Positions 26,845 through 36,535 of a stretch of 62,767 nt of DNA are shown piece by piece; positions within the stretch are counted from its first letter, which is position 1, and each line of letters opens with the position of its first letter. Under the pieces are notes generated by a model. The model was not told the origin of the DNA and did not search any database. It worked only from the letters and a program-made list of their open reading frames with translations. The stretch is from Defluviitaleaceae bacterium (GTDB lineage Bacteria; Bacillota; Clostridia; Lachnospirales; WRAX01): NCBI GenBank assembly GCA_009785595.1, contig WQVZ01000002.1:1-62767 (forward strand), read 5' to 3'. Made by a program: the position numbers and the translations under genes.

Positions 26845-28155
26845 TTAATTTCTGTTGCGCACAATAAAGTGTATGGGCGTGCCTTTAAAGCCAAAATTCT
26901 GGCGTATTTGGTTTTCGATATACCGTCTGTAAGAAAAATGCAGCAGTTCCGAATTATTAACAAACAGTATAAATGTAGGCGGCTTGACGGATACCTGGGT
27001 AATGTAATATATCCGCAGGGGCACGCCTTTTACTGACGGGGGCTGGTGCATGGCCATGGCCTCTATAAGCACCTCGTTAAGTATGCCTGTTTGTATGCGT
27101 AGATTGGCGTTTTGGTTTACAATTTTTATTTCCTCGAACAAATTATTAAGCCGCTGTCCCGTTAGTGCCGAAATATACAGCTTAGGCGCATATGCCATGT
27201 ATTTAAGCTCGGTTTCTATTTTTGCGGTATATTTTGTCATGGTTTTGTGGTCTTTTTCTACCGCGTCCCATTTGTTTACGGCCACAATGCCAGCCTTGCC
27301 TTTTTCGTGGGCTATGCCGGCAATTTTGGTGTCTTGGTCGGTAATATGCTCCTCGGCAGATATCACCACCACGGCCACATCGCACCGCTCCACCGCAGCC
27401 ATGGCCCGCACCAGGCTGTATCGCTCTATATTCTCTGTCACCTTGCTTTTGCGGCGTATACCCGCCGTGTCAATAAACATATATTTTTGGCCGTCTTTTT
27501 CGTAATAGGTATTTACCGCATCGCGAGTAGTGCCGGGTACATTAGAGACAATAACCCGCTCTTCTCCCAGGATTTTATTGATGATGGAAGACTTGCCCGC
27601 GTTGGGTTTGCCCACAATGGCCACTTTTATAATTTCCTCTTCGTCATCATCGTCGGCTTCGACAGGAAAATGGCCGCAAATAACGTCCAGCATATCACCC
27701 AAACCCAGCATATTTGCGGCGGACACGGGCACAGGTTCGCCCAGGCCAAGGGAATAAAATTCGTACATCAGCCCTTCTTGCTTTACTGCGTCCATTTTGT
27801 TAACCACCAGCACAATAGGCTTGCCGCTGCGGCGCAGTATGTTGGCCGCGTCCAAATCCCCCTCCACAATACCTGCCTTGCCGTCCACCACAAAAACCAC
27901 CACATCGGCGGTGTCTATGGCCAGTTGGGCTTGGCGCAATATCTGCTGAGGTATATATTCTTCGCTGCCAATATCCAGCCCGCCGGTGTCTATGATGGTA
28001 AATTTATGCCTAAGCCAGGTGGCCTCGGCATACAGTCTGTCCCGCGTAACCCCGGGAGTGTCTTCCACAATAGATAATCTTGCGCCTACTATGCGATTAA
28101 AAAGTGTGGACTTGCCTACATTAGGGCGGCCCACAACTGCTACAACCGGTTGCAT
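26845..28155 (-). CDS. der: ribosome biogenesis GTPase Der (EngA)
   Basis: Two G domains (GRPNVGKST, GKPNAGKSS) plus a KH-like C-terminus. Confidence 0.95.
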   Translation of the reverse strand: MQPVVAVVGRPNVGKSTLFNRIVGARLSIVEDTPGVTRDRLYAEATWLRHKFTIIDTGGLDIGSEEYIPQQILRQAQLAIDTADVVVFVVDGKAGIVEGDLDAANILRRSGKPIVLVVNKMDAVKQEGLMYEFYSLGLGEPVPVSAANMLGLGDMLDVICGHFPVEADDDDEEEIIKVAIVGKPNAGKSSIINKILGEERVIVSNVPGTTRDAVNTYYEKDGQKYMFIDTAGIRRKSKVTENIERYSLVRAMAAVERCDVAVVVISAEEHITDQDTKIAGIAHEKGKAGIVAVNKWDAVEKDHKTMTKYTAKIETELKYMAYAPKLYISALTGQRLNNLFEEIKIVNQNANLRIQTGILNEVLIEAMAMHQPPSVKGVPLRIYYITQVSVKPPTFILFVNNSELLHFSYRRYIENQIRQNFGFKGTPIHFIVRNRN

Positions 28156-28174
28156 ATGCATTTCTCCTTTAAAC

Positions 28175-28199
28175 CGGGCGGCAGGATGCCGCCCCTACA
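28175..28199 (-). repeat. REP-like GC hairpin, copy 8
   Basis: CGGGCGGCA-GGA-TGCCGCCCCTACA. The CTA at 28195-28197 is the TAG stop of the DUF512 gene. Confidence 0.75.
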
Positions 28200-29493
28200 T
28201 ATTATCAGCTCGTCGGCCATACAGGGCCTTTGCGAAATCTGCTCCATTTGCGCCGACGGCCAAAACCTTCACACCCAGTGCGATTTCCATGTCCTGTAAT
28301 GTCATGTCATCCAAAAACACTTCCTCGCCATGGCGCAGGCAACAGGCAGGCAGCAACAGCAATTCTCCTAAATCTTGTCCCTTTAGCTGGGCAACTATGT
28401 CTTGTCCGGTTAAAAGCCCCGCTACAGTGACGTTTTCACCAAAAAAATCATTGCGCACGGCTATTACGTTTATATCAAGGTTGCTGCATATTTCTTTCAT
28501 GAAGTCTGCCGCGGCCATGCCGGTGGCAATTGTTGTTTGTTTTATCGGGCGGCAGAATGCCGCCCCTACATAGTGCACTTCATGGCGAAATGCCGCACAC
28601 ATGCCAACGCCGTTTTCTATCTGAGGAAAGTCTTCGTAATGTTCATATTCCGGCAAGGGCAATTCTGCTTTGATGTAAAATTCGTCCGCGGCAAATACAA
28701 AGCGGCCGCCAATTTCCATTAAAAATCGGTGTTGCCATTTCTCTATCTGCTTTACAACATCGCGGCAATCTGATGGGCTAAAAGGCTCTATAAACGGCAG
28801 GTCTTTCCGATATTTCGTCAGTCCTGCCGGCACCACAGACAGGCTAAACCCGCCGCCATCTGGCACAAGACGGCTTAAATCCAATATAGTTTTGTCCAGA
28901 TGCGTTCCGTCGTTATAGTTCTTGCACAGCACAATTTGCATGTTAAGGGTTATACCGCCATCAGCCAGCTGTTTCAAAAACCCCAAAACATCCCCGGCGG
29001 CAGAATTGCCCATCATCTTAACCCGCAGAGACGGGTCTGTGGTATGCACAGAAATATTCATAGGTGACAGGCGGTGGGCCAAAACCCTGTCCACATCGGC
29101 CTGGGTCATATTGGTCATGGTGATATAGTTGCCGTGGAGAAAGGACAGGCGATAATCATCATCCCTAAAATATATGGTAGACCGCATGTTAGGCGGGTTT
29201 TGGTGCACAAAACAAAATACACAGTTGTTGCAGCAGGGGTGCATATCATCCATCAGGCCGGTTTTAAAAACCAGACCCAAATCCTCGTCTTCGTCTTTTT
29301 CTATGGTCAGAAGCCACTGCTCGCCATCGGGTTTTTCTATCAGCACCTCAAGGTCACAGGCGGCGCAAGCCATGCGATAGTCAAAAACATCCGCAATGGC
29401 GGCACCGTCTATGGTCAGCAACAGGTCTTGCGGTTGCACCCCTATCTCCTCGGCAATACTGCCTTTTTCTATGTCAATAATAAGTTTTTTCAT
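28195..29493 (-). CDS. DUF512 domain protein (PDZ + radical-SAM-like)
   Basis: N-terminal PDZ-like domain, Cys cluster CCNNCVFCF and a conserved position upstream of der. Contains an in-frame REP copy. Confidence 0.8.
   Translation of the reverse strand: MKKLIIDIEKGSIAEEIGVQPQDLLLTIDGAAIADVFDYRMACAACDLEVLIEKPDGEQWLLTIEKDEDEDLGLVFKTGLMDDMHPCCNNCVFCFVHQNPPNMRSTIYFRDDDYRLSFLHGNYITMTNMTQADVDRVLAHRLSPMNISVHTTDPSLRVKMMGNSAAGDVLGFLKQLADGGITLNMQIVLCKNYNDGTHLDKTILDLSRLVPDGGGFSLSVVPAGLTKYRKDLPFIEPFSPSDCRDVVKQIEKWQHRFLMEIGGRFVFAADEFYIKAELPLPEYEHYEDFPQIENGVGMCAAFRHEVHYVGAAFCRPIKQTTIATGMAAADFMKEICSNLDINVIAVRNDFFGENVTVAGLLTGQDIVAQLKGQDLGELLLLPACCLRHGEEVFLDDMTLQDMEIALGVKVLAVGANGADFAKALYGRRADNM
28546..28570 (-). 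repeat. REP-like GC hairpin, copy 9, intragenic and in-frame
   Basis: CGGGCGGCA-GAA-TGCCGCCCCTACA inside the DUF512 CDS, translated as VGAAFCRP. Confidence 0.8.
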
Positions 29494-29514
29494 GGTTTCT
29501 CCAAATTCAAAATT

Positions 29515-29542
29515 CGGGCGACCGAGGACGGTCGCCCCTACA
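29515..29542 (-). repeat. REP-like GC hairpin, copy 10
   Basis: CGGGCGACC-GAGGAC-GGTCGCCCCTACA. The CTA at 29538-29540 is the pgeF TAG stop. Confidence 0.75.
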
Positions 29543-30317
29543 GCTGTATAAATGCTGCCATCCCGCCTCTGGCCATCCCGTCACGTCTGTGGGAATAAAA
29601 CAAATCCCCATCATCATAGGTACACATCCCGGCCACCTCGATGTTCTGCGGCAAAATCCCCGCGGCTTCTAAATTTTGGCGGTTTATCTCCCAAAGATCT
29701 ACGTGGAATTTGTTCACGGTACTTTCGCTATTATAAACGAAACGAGCGGAAAATGGAAGCAAAACTTTGAAATCTTCGGCCACCTCCGGCCCAACTTCAA
29801 AATTTTTGCGGCTGATGGACGGCCCAATGCCCACCAAAATATCCCGGGGGTTGCAACCATACTCTGCGGTCATACGTTCCACTGTCTTGCCTGCCATATT
29901 ATGCGCCGTGCCACGCCAACCGGCGTGGCTGTTGGCAATAACGCCTCGCACCGGGTCGCAAAACATCAGGGGCACACAGTCGGCATAATATGTCACCAGC
30001 ATAATGCCCGGTCTGTTGGTCATAAGCCCATCAACATTTTCCAGGACGCCTAAGCCGTCTACTTTTTGGATATTTGTGGTGTGGTGCTGGTTAGCCATCA
30101 CAATATTTTCCGCATTAAAGCCCGCGGCATCACAAAACAGGCGGTAGTTTTCCTGCACCGTAGCCGGGTCATCCCCGGTGTTTGGGCTTAGGTTCATAGA
30201 AACAAAACAGCCCCGGGACACACCGCCAATGCGGGTGGAGAAAGCATGACGCACCATGCCCCGGGCCAGGTTTTTAAAGGTGTAGTAGATTATGCCGTTT
30301 TTCTCGTTTTTAATCAT
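29538..30317 (-). CDS. pgeF: peptidoglycan editing factor PgeF (YfiH/DUF152 family)
   Basis: HAFSTRIGGVS, DCVP and SHAGWRG motifs. Confidence 0.85.
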   Translation of the reverse strand: MIKNEKNGIIYYTFKNLARGMVRHAFSTRIGGVSRGCFVSMNLSPNTGDDPATVQENYRLFCDAAGFNAENIVMANQHHTTNIQKVDGLGVLENVDGLMTNRPGIMLVTYYADCVPLMFCDPVRGVIANSHAGWRGTAHNMAGKTVERMTAEYGCNPRDILVGIGPSISRKNFEVGPEVAEDFKVLLPFSARFVYNSESTVNKFHVDLWEINRQNLEAAGILPQNIEVAGMCTYDDGDLFYSHRRDGMARGGMAAFIQL

Positions 30318-30364
30318 GTGTCTCCTTGGGTGTTGCAGGTGAATGCTTGTAACTGACTACCAAG

Positions 30365-30460
30365 AGCCTGTCTAAAACCTATTTTCACACGATTTTTCGG
30401 CACTTTTGCTTCGCAAACTATGTGCCGAAAAATCGGTTCATATTAGATTTTAGAAAGGCT
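30365..30460. repeat. palindromic element, divergent relative of the MITE-like family (M2)
   Basis: Outer IR AGCCTGTCTAAAACCTA / TAGATTTTAGAAAGGCT. Inner perfect 14-bp IR CGATTTTTCGGCAC / GTGCCGAAAAATCG. Confidence 0.5.
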
Positions 30461-31363
30461 TTAGGCCATACTCTTCACCGGGTGCATTTCAATATACCCC
30501 CGCCAACCCATGGGCGCAAACTGCATTTTCGGTGCCATTTCGTATGCATATTGGTATCCATACACCTCTGGGTTAAATTTGCGAATCTGTCCCGTGCAGG
30601 CACCAATGGCATCACGAAAAAATTCATCGTCATACGGCTCGCCCTGGAAAATCATCAACTTACAGGGTTCAAGGTCTATCACATCAAAGCCTTCGGGTAT
30701 TTGGCCAGCATAGTCTGCGGGCACTTCTACGCCATGGGCATACACTCCTGTGCCGGTAGGCCGCATATTTTCCGGCAGCCACAGGCCCACAGGTTCGTAC
30801 ATGGCTTCTTTTATCCCACACAACACATCCCATGGGGCAGAATTGTCATTGTCGCCGCAGCCCACTTCCGCGCAATATTCAAAATAATGTGTGGCGGTGC
30901 GGCCTCTCTTCAAGATAAGCTTGCGGGCCGGGCGCTCCATAATTTGCACAAAAACAACTGAACTTTCACTCATATTTGCCACCTCCGGTTTTTTGGAACG
31001 GTCGAGATAATGGCGGGGTATGTGCCAGCCGTCAGGCACCGGATGATTTGCATATTTTTTTGGTAAAATACCAAAACCCTTGGCAAATGCCCGTGTAAAA
31101 CCCTCGTGGCTGTCAAAAACAAAATCCAGGGCAACATCCAGTACCCTGCACCCGCCGTGACGCAATGCATGAGCAGAGGCGGTAAGCCGCTGTTGGCGGA
31201 TATATTCAAAAGGAGCCAGGCCTGTTTCCTCCTTAAATATCCGCGCCGCATGGTATTGGGAATATCCCGCCGCCCGGGCCACATCCCTTGCGGTGATGGG
31301 CTCTTGCAGGTGCGCGACGATATATGCTTTCATCCGCGTCACTGCGTTTTCGTTTTGTGCCAT
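30461..31363 (-). CDS. AraC-family transcriptional regulator with GyrI-like effector domain
   Basis: N-terminal AraC HTH (AGYSQYHAARIFKEETG...) and a C-terminal GyrI-like domain. Confidence 0.75.
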   Translation of the reverse strand: MAQNENAVTRMKAYIVAHLQEPITARDVARAAGYSQYHAARIFKEETGLAPFEYIRQQRLTASAHALRHGGCRVLDVALDFVFDSHEGFTRAFAKGFGILPKKYANHPVPDGWHIPRHYLDRSKKPEVANMSESSVVFVQIMERPARKLILKRGRTATHYFEYCAEVGCGDNDNSAPWDVLCGIKEAMYEPVGLWLPENMRPTGTGVYAHGVEVPADYAGQIPEGFDVIDLEPCKLMIFQGEPYDDEFFRDAIGACTGQIRKFNPEVYGYQYAYEMAPKMQFAPMGWRGYIEMHPVKSMA

Positions 31364-31433
31364 TATCTCACCTCCTTGCTGTCAATTATAAGTGGTGTCT
31401 CGAAGCACTTCTTGACTTCGAGTGCTATGATGT

Positions 31434-31883
31434 TCATTTATTTTTTCCAATGCCTATATATGACGCAATCTGTTTTCTGTGCTGAAAAACATGCACAACC
31501 ACCAAGCCAAGCCCGACCCGAGCCGTAATGCCGTGTATGCTGCTAAATACTGCCATCCACTCTATATCACCCACAAAATATCCCACAGCGGCAAAGCCTG
31601 AGGCAATAGAAACACCCCAAACCGCCAGCAGCAGCATATTTACTATGTATTTCCATTTAAGTGTTTTGTTAAGTTTGCCAGCCAGCCAGGACTTTGTTAC
31701 GGCCGCCAGCCATCTGCGGTGTATATGTACATGCAGGGCAAAAAACAGCCCACAGGCCGTGCCCACAATGGCATGGAAGGCAAAATTGCTGTCATGCCAG
31801 CGAACAAATGACAATATCAAAAAAATCGTCATGCATATGTCCACAACTATTTTAGCCATCTTGCTCGTCCATATTGATTTCAT
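31434..31883 (-). CDS. DUF4405-like membrane protein
   Basis: Four TM segments with conserved His residues (FHAIVG, HVHIHRRW). Confidence 0.55.
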   Translation of the reverse strand: MKSIWTSKMAKIVVDICMTIFLILSFVRWHDSNFAFHAIVGTACGLFFALHVHIHRRWLAAVTKSWLAGKLNKTLKWKYIVNMLLLAVWGVSIASGFAAVGYFVGDIEWMAVFSSIHGITARVGLGLVVVHVFQHRKQIASYIGIGKNK

Positions 31884-32015
31884 AAGAAGTATCTCCTTTT
31901 AAAGAAATAATACCATCATACCATGCCAAAGTATTTTTGACCAGCGGTATGTTTGCCATTTTTGCCGTCAATAATAAGTAAAAGCATGTTTTTTTAAACA
32001 AAAGGGGTGATTAAC

Positions 32016-33275
32016 ATGGGTAAGTTTGTTATTGAGGAAAGTGGGCGGCTAAAGGGCCGTGTGCGGATATCCGGCAGCAAAAATTCCGTCCTGCCCATTA
32101 TTGCAGCCACACTGCTTACGGACCAAACCTGCACCATACACGACGTGCCGGCCTTGACGGATGTTGTGGTGATGCAAAACCTTATAGAAGATTTTGGCGG
32201 CACAACCAGGTGGGATGCAGGGGACGAAACCCTAACCATAGCCGTGAAAAATATAGATAAAATAGAAGCCAGCTACGAGCTTTGTGCCAAAATGCGGGCT
32301 TCTTTCCTTGCGGCGGGGCCGGTGCTGGCCCGCATGGGCGAGGTAAAAATGTCCCTGCCCGGCGGCTGTGCTATAGGCTCCCGCCCGGTAGATTTGCATC
32401 TTAAAGGCCTGGCGGCACTGGGGGCGGATATTGCTCAAGAGCACGGATATGTCCACGCCAAGGCCAAAAAACTGACAGGAGCCAATATTTATCTGGACTT
32501 TCCCTCTGTGGGTGCCACAGAAAACATAATGATGGCGGCGGTGCTGGCTAAGGGTCAAACCATCATACAAAACTGCGCCGTAGAGCCCGAAATTGTAGAT
32601 TTATCCAACTTTCTATCCTCTATGGGCGCGCAGATACGCGGTTCCGGCACGGACACCATTAGGATAAATGGGGTGGACAGCCTATCCGGCACCAGCCACA
32701 ATATTATCCCCGACCGCATAGAGGCCGGCACCTTTATGATAGCCGCCGCCATAACTAATGGAGATGTGGAGATAACCAACACCGTAACCGACCACCTTAA
32801 ACCCGCCATGGCCAAGTTGCGGGAGGCAGGTGTGGATATAACTGAAACCGACGAAGGCATGAGAGTGAAAGGCGCCCGCCGTCGCCAGCCCATAGATGTA
32901 AAAACCCTACCATACCCGGGTTTTCCCACAGACATGCAGGCCCAGTTTATATCCATGCTGGCTGTAACCCCCGGCACCAACATCGTCACCGAAACCGTCT
33001 TCGAAAACCGCTTTATGCATGTGCCGGAGTTGGTGCGCATGGGCGCGGACATAAAAATAGACAGCCGCTCCGCCATTATAGAAGGCGTGGAACGGCTGAC
33101 GGGTACCCAGGTAAAAGCCACAGACCTGCGGGCGGGCGCGTCTCTCATCCTGGCCGCCCTGGCGGCAACCGGCACCACAGAAGTACATGATATTTATCAC
33201 GTAGACCGGGGATATTTTCAGTTTGATGAAAAATTGCGGGGGCTTGGAGCGAAGATTTTGCGGGTGGATGGATAA
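32016..33275 (+). CDS. murA: UDP-N-acetylglucosamine 1-carboxyvinyltransferase (copy 2)
   Basis: MGKFVIEESGRLKGRVRISGSKNSVL..., with the active-site loop PGGCAIGSRPVD. Confidence 0.9.
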   Translation: MGKFVIEESGRLKGRVRISGSKNSVLPIIAATLLTDQTCTIHDVPALTDVVVMQNLIEDFGGTTRWDAGDETLTIAVKNIDKIEASYELCAKMRASFLAAGPVLARMGEVKMSLPGGCAIGSRPVDLHLKGLAALGADIAQEHGYVHAKAKKLTGANIYLDFPSVGATENIMMAAVLAKGQTIIQNCAVEPEIVDLSNFLSSMGAQIRGSGTDTIRINGVDSLSGTSHNIIPDRIEAGTFMIAAAITNGDVEITNTVTDHLKPAMAKLREAGVDITETDEGMRVKGARRRQPIDVKTLPYPGFPTDMQAQFISMLAVTPGTNIVTETVFENRFMHVPELVRMGADIKIDSRSAIIEGVERLTGTQVKATDLRAGASLILAALAATGTTEVHDIYHVDRGYFQFDEKLRGLGAKILRVDG

Positions 33276-33278
33276 TCA

Positions 33279-33429
33279 TAAGACCTGTTCGTAAACCTTG
33301 CTTAACCAATTTTTGGGCGTAGGGGCTTGGCTTTTGCAAAGCACTGGAGCGGTTGCAACGCGCTCTTTACGCTACGATAAAGATCGTTAAGCGAAAAAAT
33401 TGTGTGAAGCAGTTTACGAACAGGTCTAA
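33279..33429. repeat. MITE-like element, long form (M3, 151 bp)
   Basis: TIRs TAAGACCTGTTCGTAAAC / GTTTACGAACAGGTCTAA. Its ends match M4 in the opposite orientation. Confidence 0.75.
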
Positions 33430-34329
33430 TTTATTGCTGACAGACCTTAGGGTGTTTTTTCTTGCTCCGGCTTTAGCTAACCCAACCGTGCCCCACTGGC
33501 TAAGACCGGGGCACTGCACTGTGCTGCCATTACAGTATTCCGCATAAAACGGCTCTTTAAAGCCAATGCGCCGGATGTAGTGGTTAAATATTCTATCCAC
33601 AATAACCGCTACAGAATCAAAAATATTACGCCCGTGGACATATGCTTGGTCTACTCTGGTCGAATTTGTAATATTAAATTTATAGCCGCGTGTGGGGTAC
33701 CATTCGGTATACACGCGATTAAGGGCCAGAGATATTTGGCACAGTATGTTGGCTTCCAGCGATGCTTTGGGCCAATGGGGATATATTTCCGAGCTGGCGA
33801 CGTTTTTGCAATAATCGATAAAAGGCACGCGCACGCTTCTTACCGTGGCGTTGTCGGGATGGCCCAGGTGCACGATAATATAGTCCGGAATAATAACTTC
33901 TCGCAATATTCTGGGGTTGGGTAGGCCATGGTCTTGCTGGCGCGGCGTGTTGTCCCTTAGGGCGTTGGCAGGAATATCCACCACCTCGGCCGTATTTCTT
34001 GTGCCGGCGGCGGTTATGGGTTCCAGCCATACCGGCAGAGCCGAACTTTCTTGGTCAAAAATCTGCACGCCTAAAATATCCTTGGGCCTAAAGCCTGGGG
34101 CGGTTATGCTTACAGTGTATGTGGCGTATGTGTCTCCGGTATATCCCGGGTCTAAGGTATGGCTGGCATCCGGGGCGGCAAGGCTTACGGCGTCTGCCAG
34201 CCCGTCCGCGCCGCTGGTTCTTTCGTGCAGGATGGCTCCTGACGCATCCAGCACCCTTATCCTTGCCACCGCTACGGGCAAATCGCCGTTGCCGGTGCTA
34301 ATTTCAAATCTTAATGTTCCGCTGCCCAT
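33367..34329 (-). CDS. SpoIID/LytB-like domain protein with N-terminal beta-sandwich domain
   Basis: The C-terminal region (EANILCQISLALNRVYTEWYP...CPGLSQWGT) resembles the SpoIID family. GAAGGAGAG RBS precedes ATG 34329. The last ~21 codons are encoded by MITE M3. Confidence 0.45.
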   Translation of the reverse strand: MGSGTLRFEISTGNGDLPVAVARIRVLDASGAILHERTSGADGLADAVSLAAPDASHTLDPGYTGDTYATYTVSITAPGFRPKDILGVQIFDQESSALPVWLEPITAAGTRNTAEVVDIPANALRDNTPRQQDHGLPNPRILREVIIPDYIIVHLGHPDNATVRSVRVPFIDYCKNVASSEIYPHWPKASLEANILCQISLALNRVYTEWYPTRGYKFNITNSTRVDQAYVHGRNIFDSVAVIVDRIFNHYIRRIGFKEPFYAEYCNGSTVQCPGLSQWGTVGLAKAGARKNTLRSVSNKLDLFVNCFTQFFRLTIFIVA

Positions 34330-34656
34330 CAAATCTCTCCTTCGCATTTCCAGATACACTAATTATATTGCGGTCCGCGCCGGAATATTAGTTTTTTGTC
34401 ATATTTTGACAAGCCGTTATGCTTAGTCAGACTAATATAATGTGGTTCGCGTATATTCAAAGTGTTGGTGTGTTGCCAGCGGATCTCAAGGGACAATGAT
34501 GCCACATTTAAATGTTTTGTGGCGCCTGCTTTGTAAGTTAGTACAAAAACTCTATTGTTTATTGCGGCTTTATGTTTGGCCGGGGCCTTTTGTGCTATAA
34601 TGGGATAGCTGCATAAAGCGGCTAAAAAATACTTATGATGTTGGAGGTATTTGCCC

Positions 34657-36057
34657 ATGAAAAAATTTGTTTTTATTGCAGTCTTATTTATGACTGTGCT
34701 GGCCTTGGCTGCTTGCAATGCCGAAACCGAAGAAATATACGAAGCCAAAGAAATATACGAAACGGTGGAAATTCATGGTTTGGAAGAGAATGAGCCGTAT
34801 ACCACACGCACTGTCAGCCTGCCCAGAGAGATGACCGCGTATGATTTTTCCGCCGAGGCCGCCCTTGTGGTAGAAACCATAGAAGCCACCCACCCTATTT
34901 TTATAATGGATGGAATTTTGCCTTACTTTTACGATGAGTTTAGAGCCGAATATCTGGCCACCACGGCGCAACCCCTAAGCCGCACCGAATTTGTGCTGGC
35001 CACCCAGCGGTACTTTACCACCTTGCAGGACGGACACATGGGCTTGGGCCTGCTTACCCCCAGCCTTAGGTTTTTCCAGGATGGCGGCTTTGTTGATGTT
35101 GCCTTTGTTATGCGGAATGGGCGGGTGTTTTTGGCTGATGAGCCTAATGTAGAAGTTGTGGAGATTGGCGGTGTATCTATTGATGACATAGTTTATCAAA
35201 TTGATCGTTATTATTTCTTTGAAAATGAATCTGCCAGGCAATTTCACTATGCGCGCTTTTTACGGTACGAGCTTATGCTACGCCGGGCAGGGGCCGAAAT
35301 TTTCTTGGAGGGCTCTCGCCGGGTGATAGACCTTACACTGGCAGAAAATGGAGAAATATCCGTGCGCGAAGCGGGTTTTTTAGGCAATCCGCCCGATGCC
35401 TGGCCTCAACACAATTACATAATACGCCACAAAATGATAGATGATATATTTTATATATCCCTGCGCACTTTTAGAAACGACAGAAGCATCGCGGAAACTG
35501 TGACGGCCATAGAAGAGGCTGTGGCAAATGGCACAAGACATTTTATTGTGGATTTAAGAGGCAACGGCGGCGGCGATTCTCGCGTTGGGGAACATTTGCT
35601 AAATGCCATGGGTATATCTGTGCCGCATTTTGGCCAGATACGACGCGCCAGCGAATTATCCCGCCGGCAAGCAGTGGGGTTTGACACCTTTTTCCCATCC
35701 GGCGAAGAAGTGTTTAAAACAGCACCGCTGATGAATGCCAAAAACCCAAACAATGTCTTTGTATCGGTACTTACAGATACATACACCTTTAGTTCTGCCA
35801 CAATGATGGCCACATGGGTGCAAGACGGCGGTCTGGGTAATGTCATTGGCCAGCCTTCCCAAAACCAACCAAGCCCCTTTGGGGATATGCTTACGCTGGT
35901 GTTGCCAAAACCCAATCTATCGCTTTCGATTTCATGGACCAAATTTCTGCGGCCTAATGCACACGCCGATCAATTAACCCTTTGGCCGGACATTATGGTT
36001 CCTGCCGAAGATGCTTTGGAAACAGCAATAGAATATATAGATAATTTGGAGGTATAA
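34657..36057 (+). CDS. S41-family peptidase lipoprotein
   Basis: Lipobox LALAAC, DLRGNGGG motif and a Ser nucleophile region TFSSATMMA. Confidence 0.7.
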   Translation: MKKFVFIAVLFMTVLALAACNAETEEIYEAKEIYETVEIHGLEENEPYTTRTVSLPREMTAYDFSAEAALVVETIEATHPIFIMDGILPYFYDEFRAEYLATTAQPLSRTEFVLATQRYFTTLQDGHMGLGLLTPSLRFFQDGGFVDVAFVMRNGRVFLADEPNVEVVEIGGVSIDDIVYQIDRYYFFENESARQFHYARFLRYELMLRRAGAEIFLEGSRRVIDLTLAENGEISVREAGFLGNPPDAWPQHNYIIRHKMIDDIFYISLRTFRNDRSIAETVTAIEEAVANGTRHFIVDLRGNGGGDSRVGEHLLNAMGISVPHFGQIRRASELSRRQAVGFDTFFPSGEEVFKTAPLMNAKNPNNVFVSVLTDTYTFSSATMMATWVQDGGLGNVIGQPSQNQPSPFGDMLTLVLPKPNLSLSISWTKFLRPNAHADQLTLWPDIMVPAEDALETAIEYIDNLEV

Positions 36058-36059
36058 AA

Positions 36060-36398
36060 ATGAACATGAATCCATTAAACCAAGCTCCGCAACCACCACA
36101 GCCGCCAAACTGGCACCCGCCATCAATCCCGCCTGCCAACCCCGGCCAAGGCAAGGCCATTGCATCCATGGTGTGTGGCATATGCGGCATAGTTTTCAGT
36201 TATCTGCCCTTCTTTGGCCTTGGTGCTGCCATAGCCGGTCTTATATTGGCAAGCATGGCCCACAAAGAAGGCAACAGAAGCGGCATAAGGACAGCCGGTC
36301 TGGTATGTTCTATCATTGGCGTGGTTTTCGGCGGCTTTTTCACAATATCCGTTCTGTCCGTCATAGCCTGCATACCATTTATGTGGCGTTATTTTTAA
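36060..36398 (+). CDS. DUF4190-like small membrane protein
   Basis: Pro-rich N-terminus and two TM segments with the GKAIASMVCGICGIV pattern. Starts 2 nt after the S41 stop. Confidence 0.55.
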   Translation: MNMNPLNQAPQPPQPPNWHPPSIPPANPGQGKAIASMVCGICGIVFSYLPFFGLGAAIAGLILASMAHKEGNRSGIRTAGLVCSIIGVVFGGFFTISVLSVIACIPFMWRYF

Positions 36399-36535
36399 AA
36401 AAGTGCTGCCCAAAAACGATTTGGTATACATCGCGAAACTTTTCAAAAAGATTTTGCATATCGCAGACAAAGAGGCGAATAGTGCGTATAATGTTATAGA
36501 AATGCTCATTTGAAAAATATCGGGAGGTATACAAC

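Noticed and set aside
27247-28077. 276-aa plus-strand ORF.
   Set aside because: It is antisense to der, which has unambiguous GTPase motifs on the other strand.
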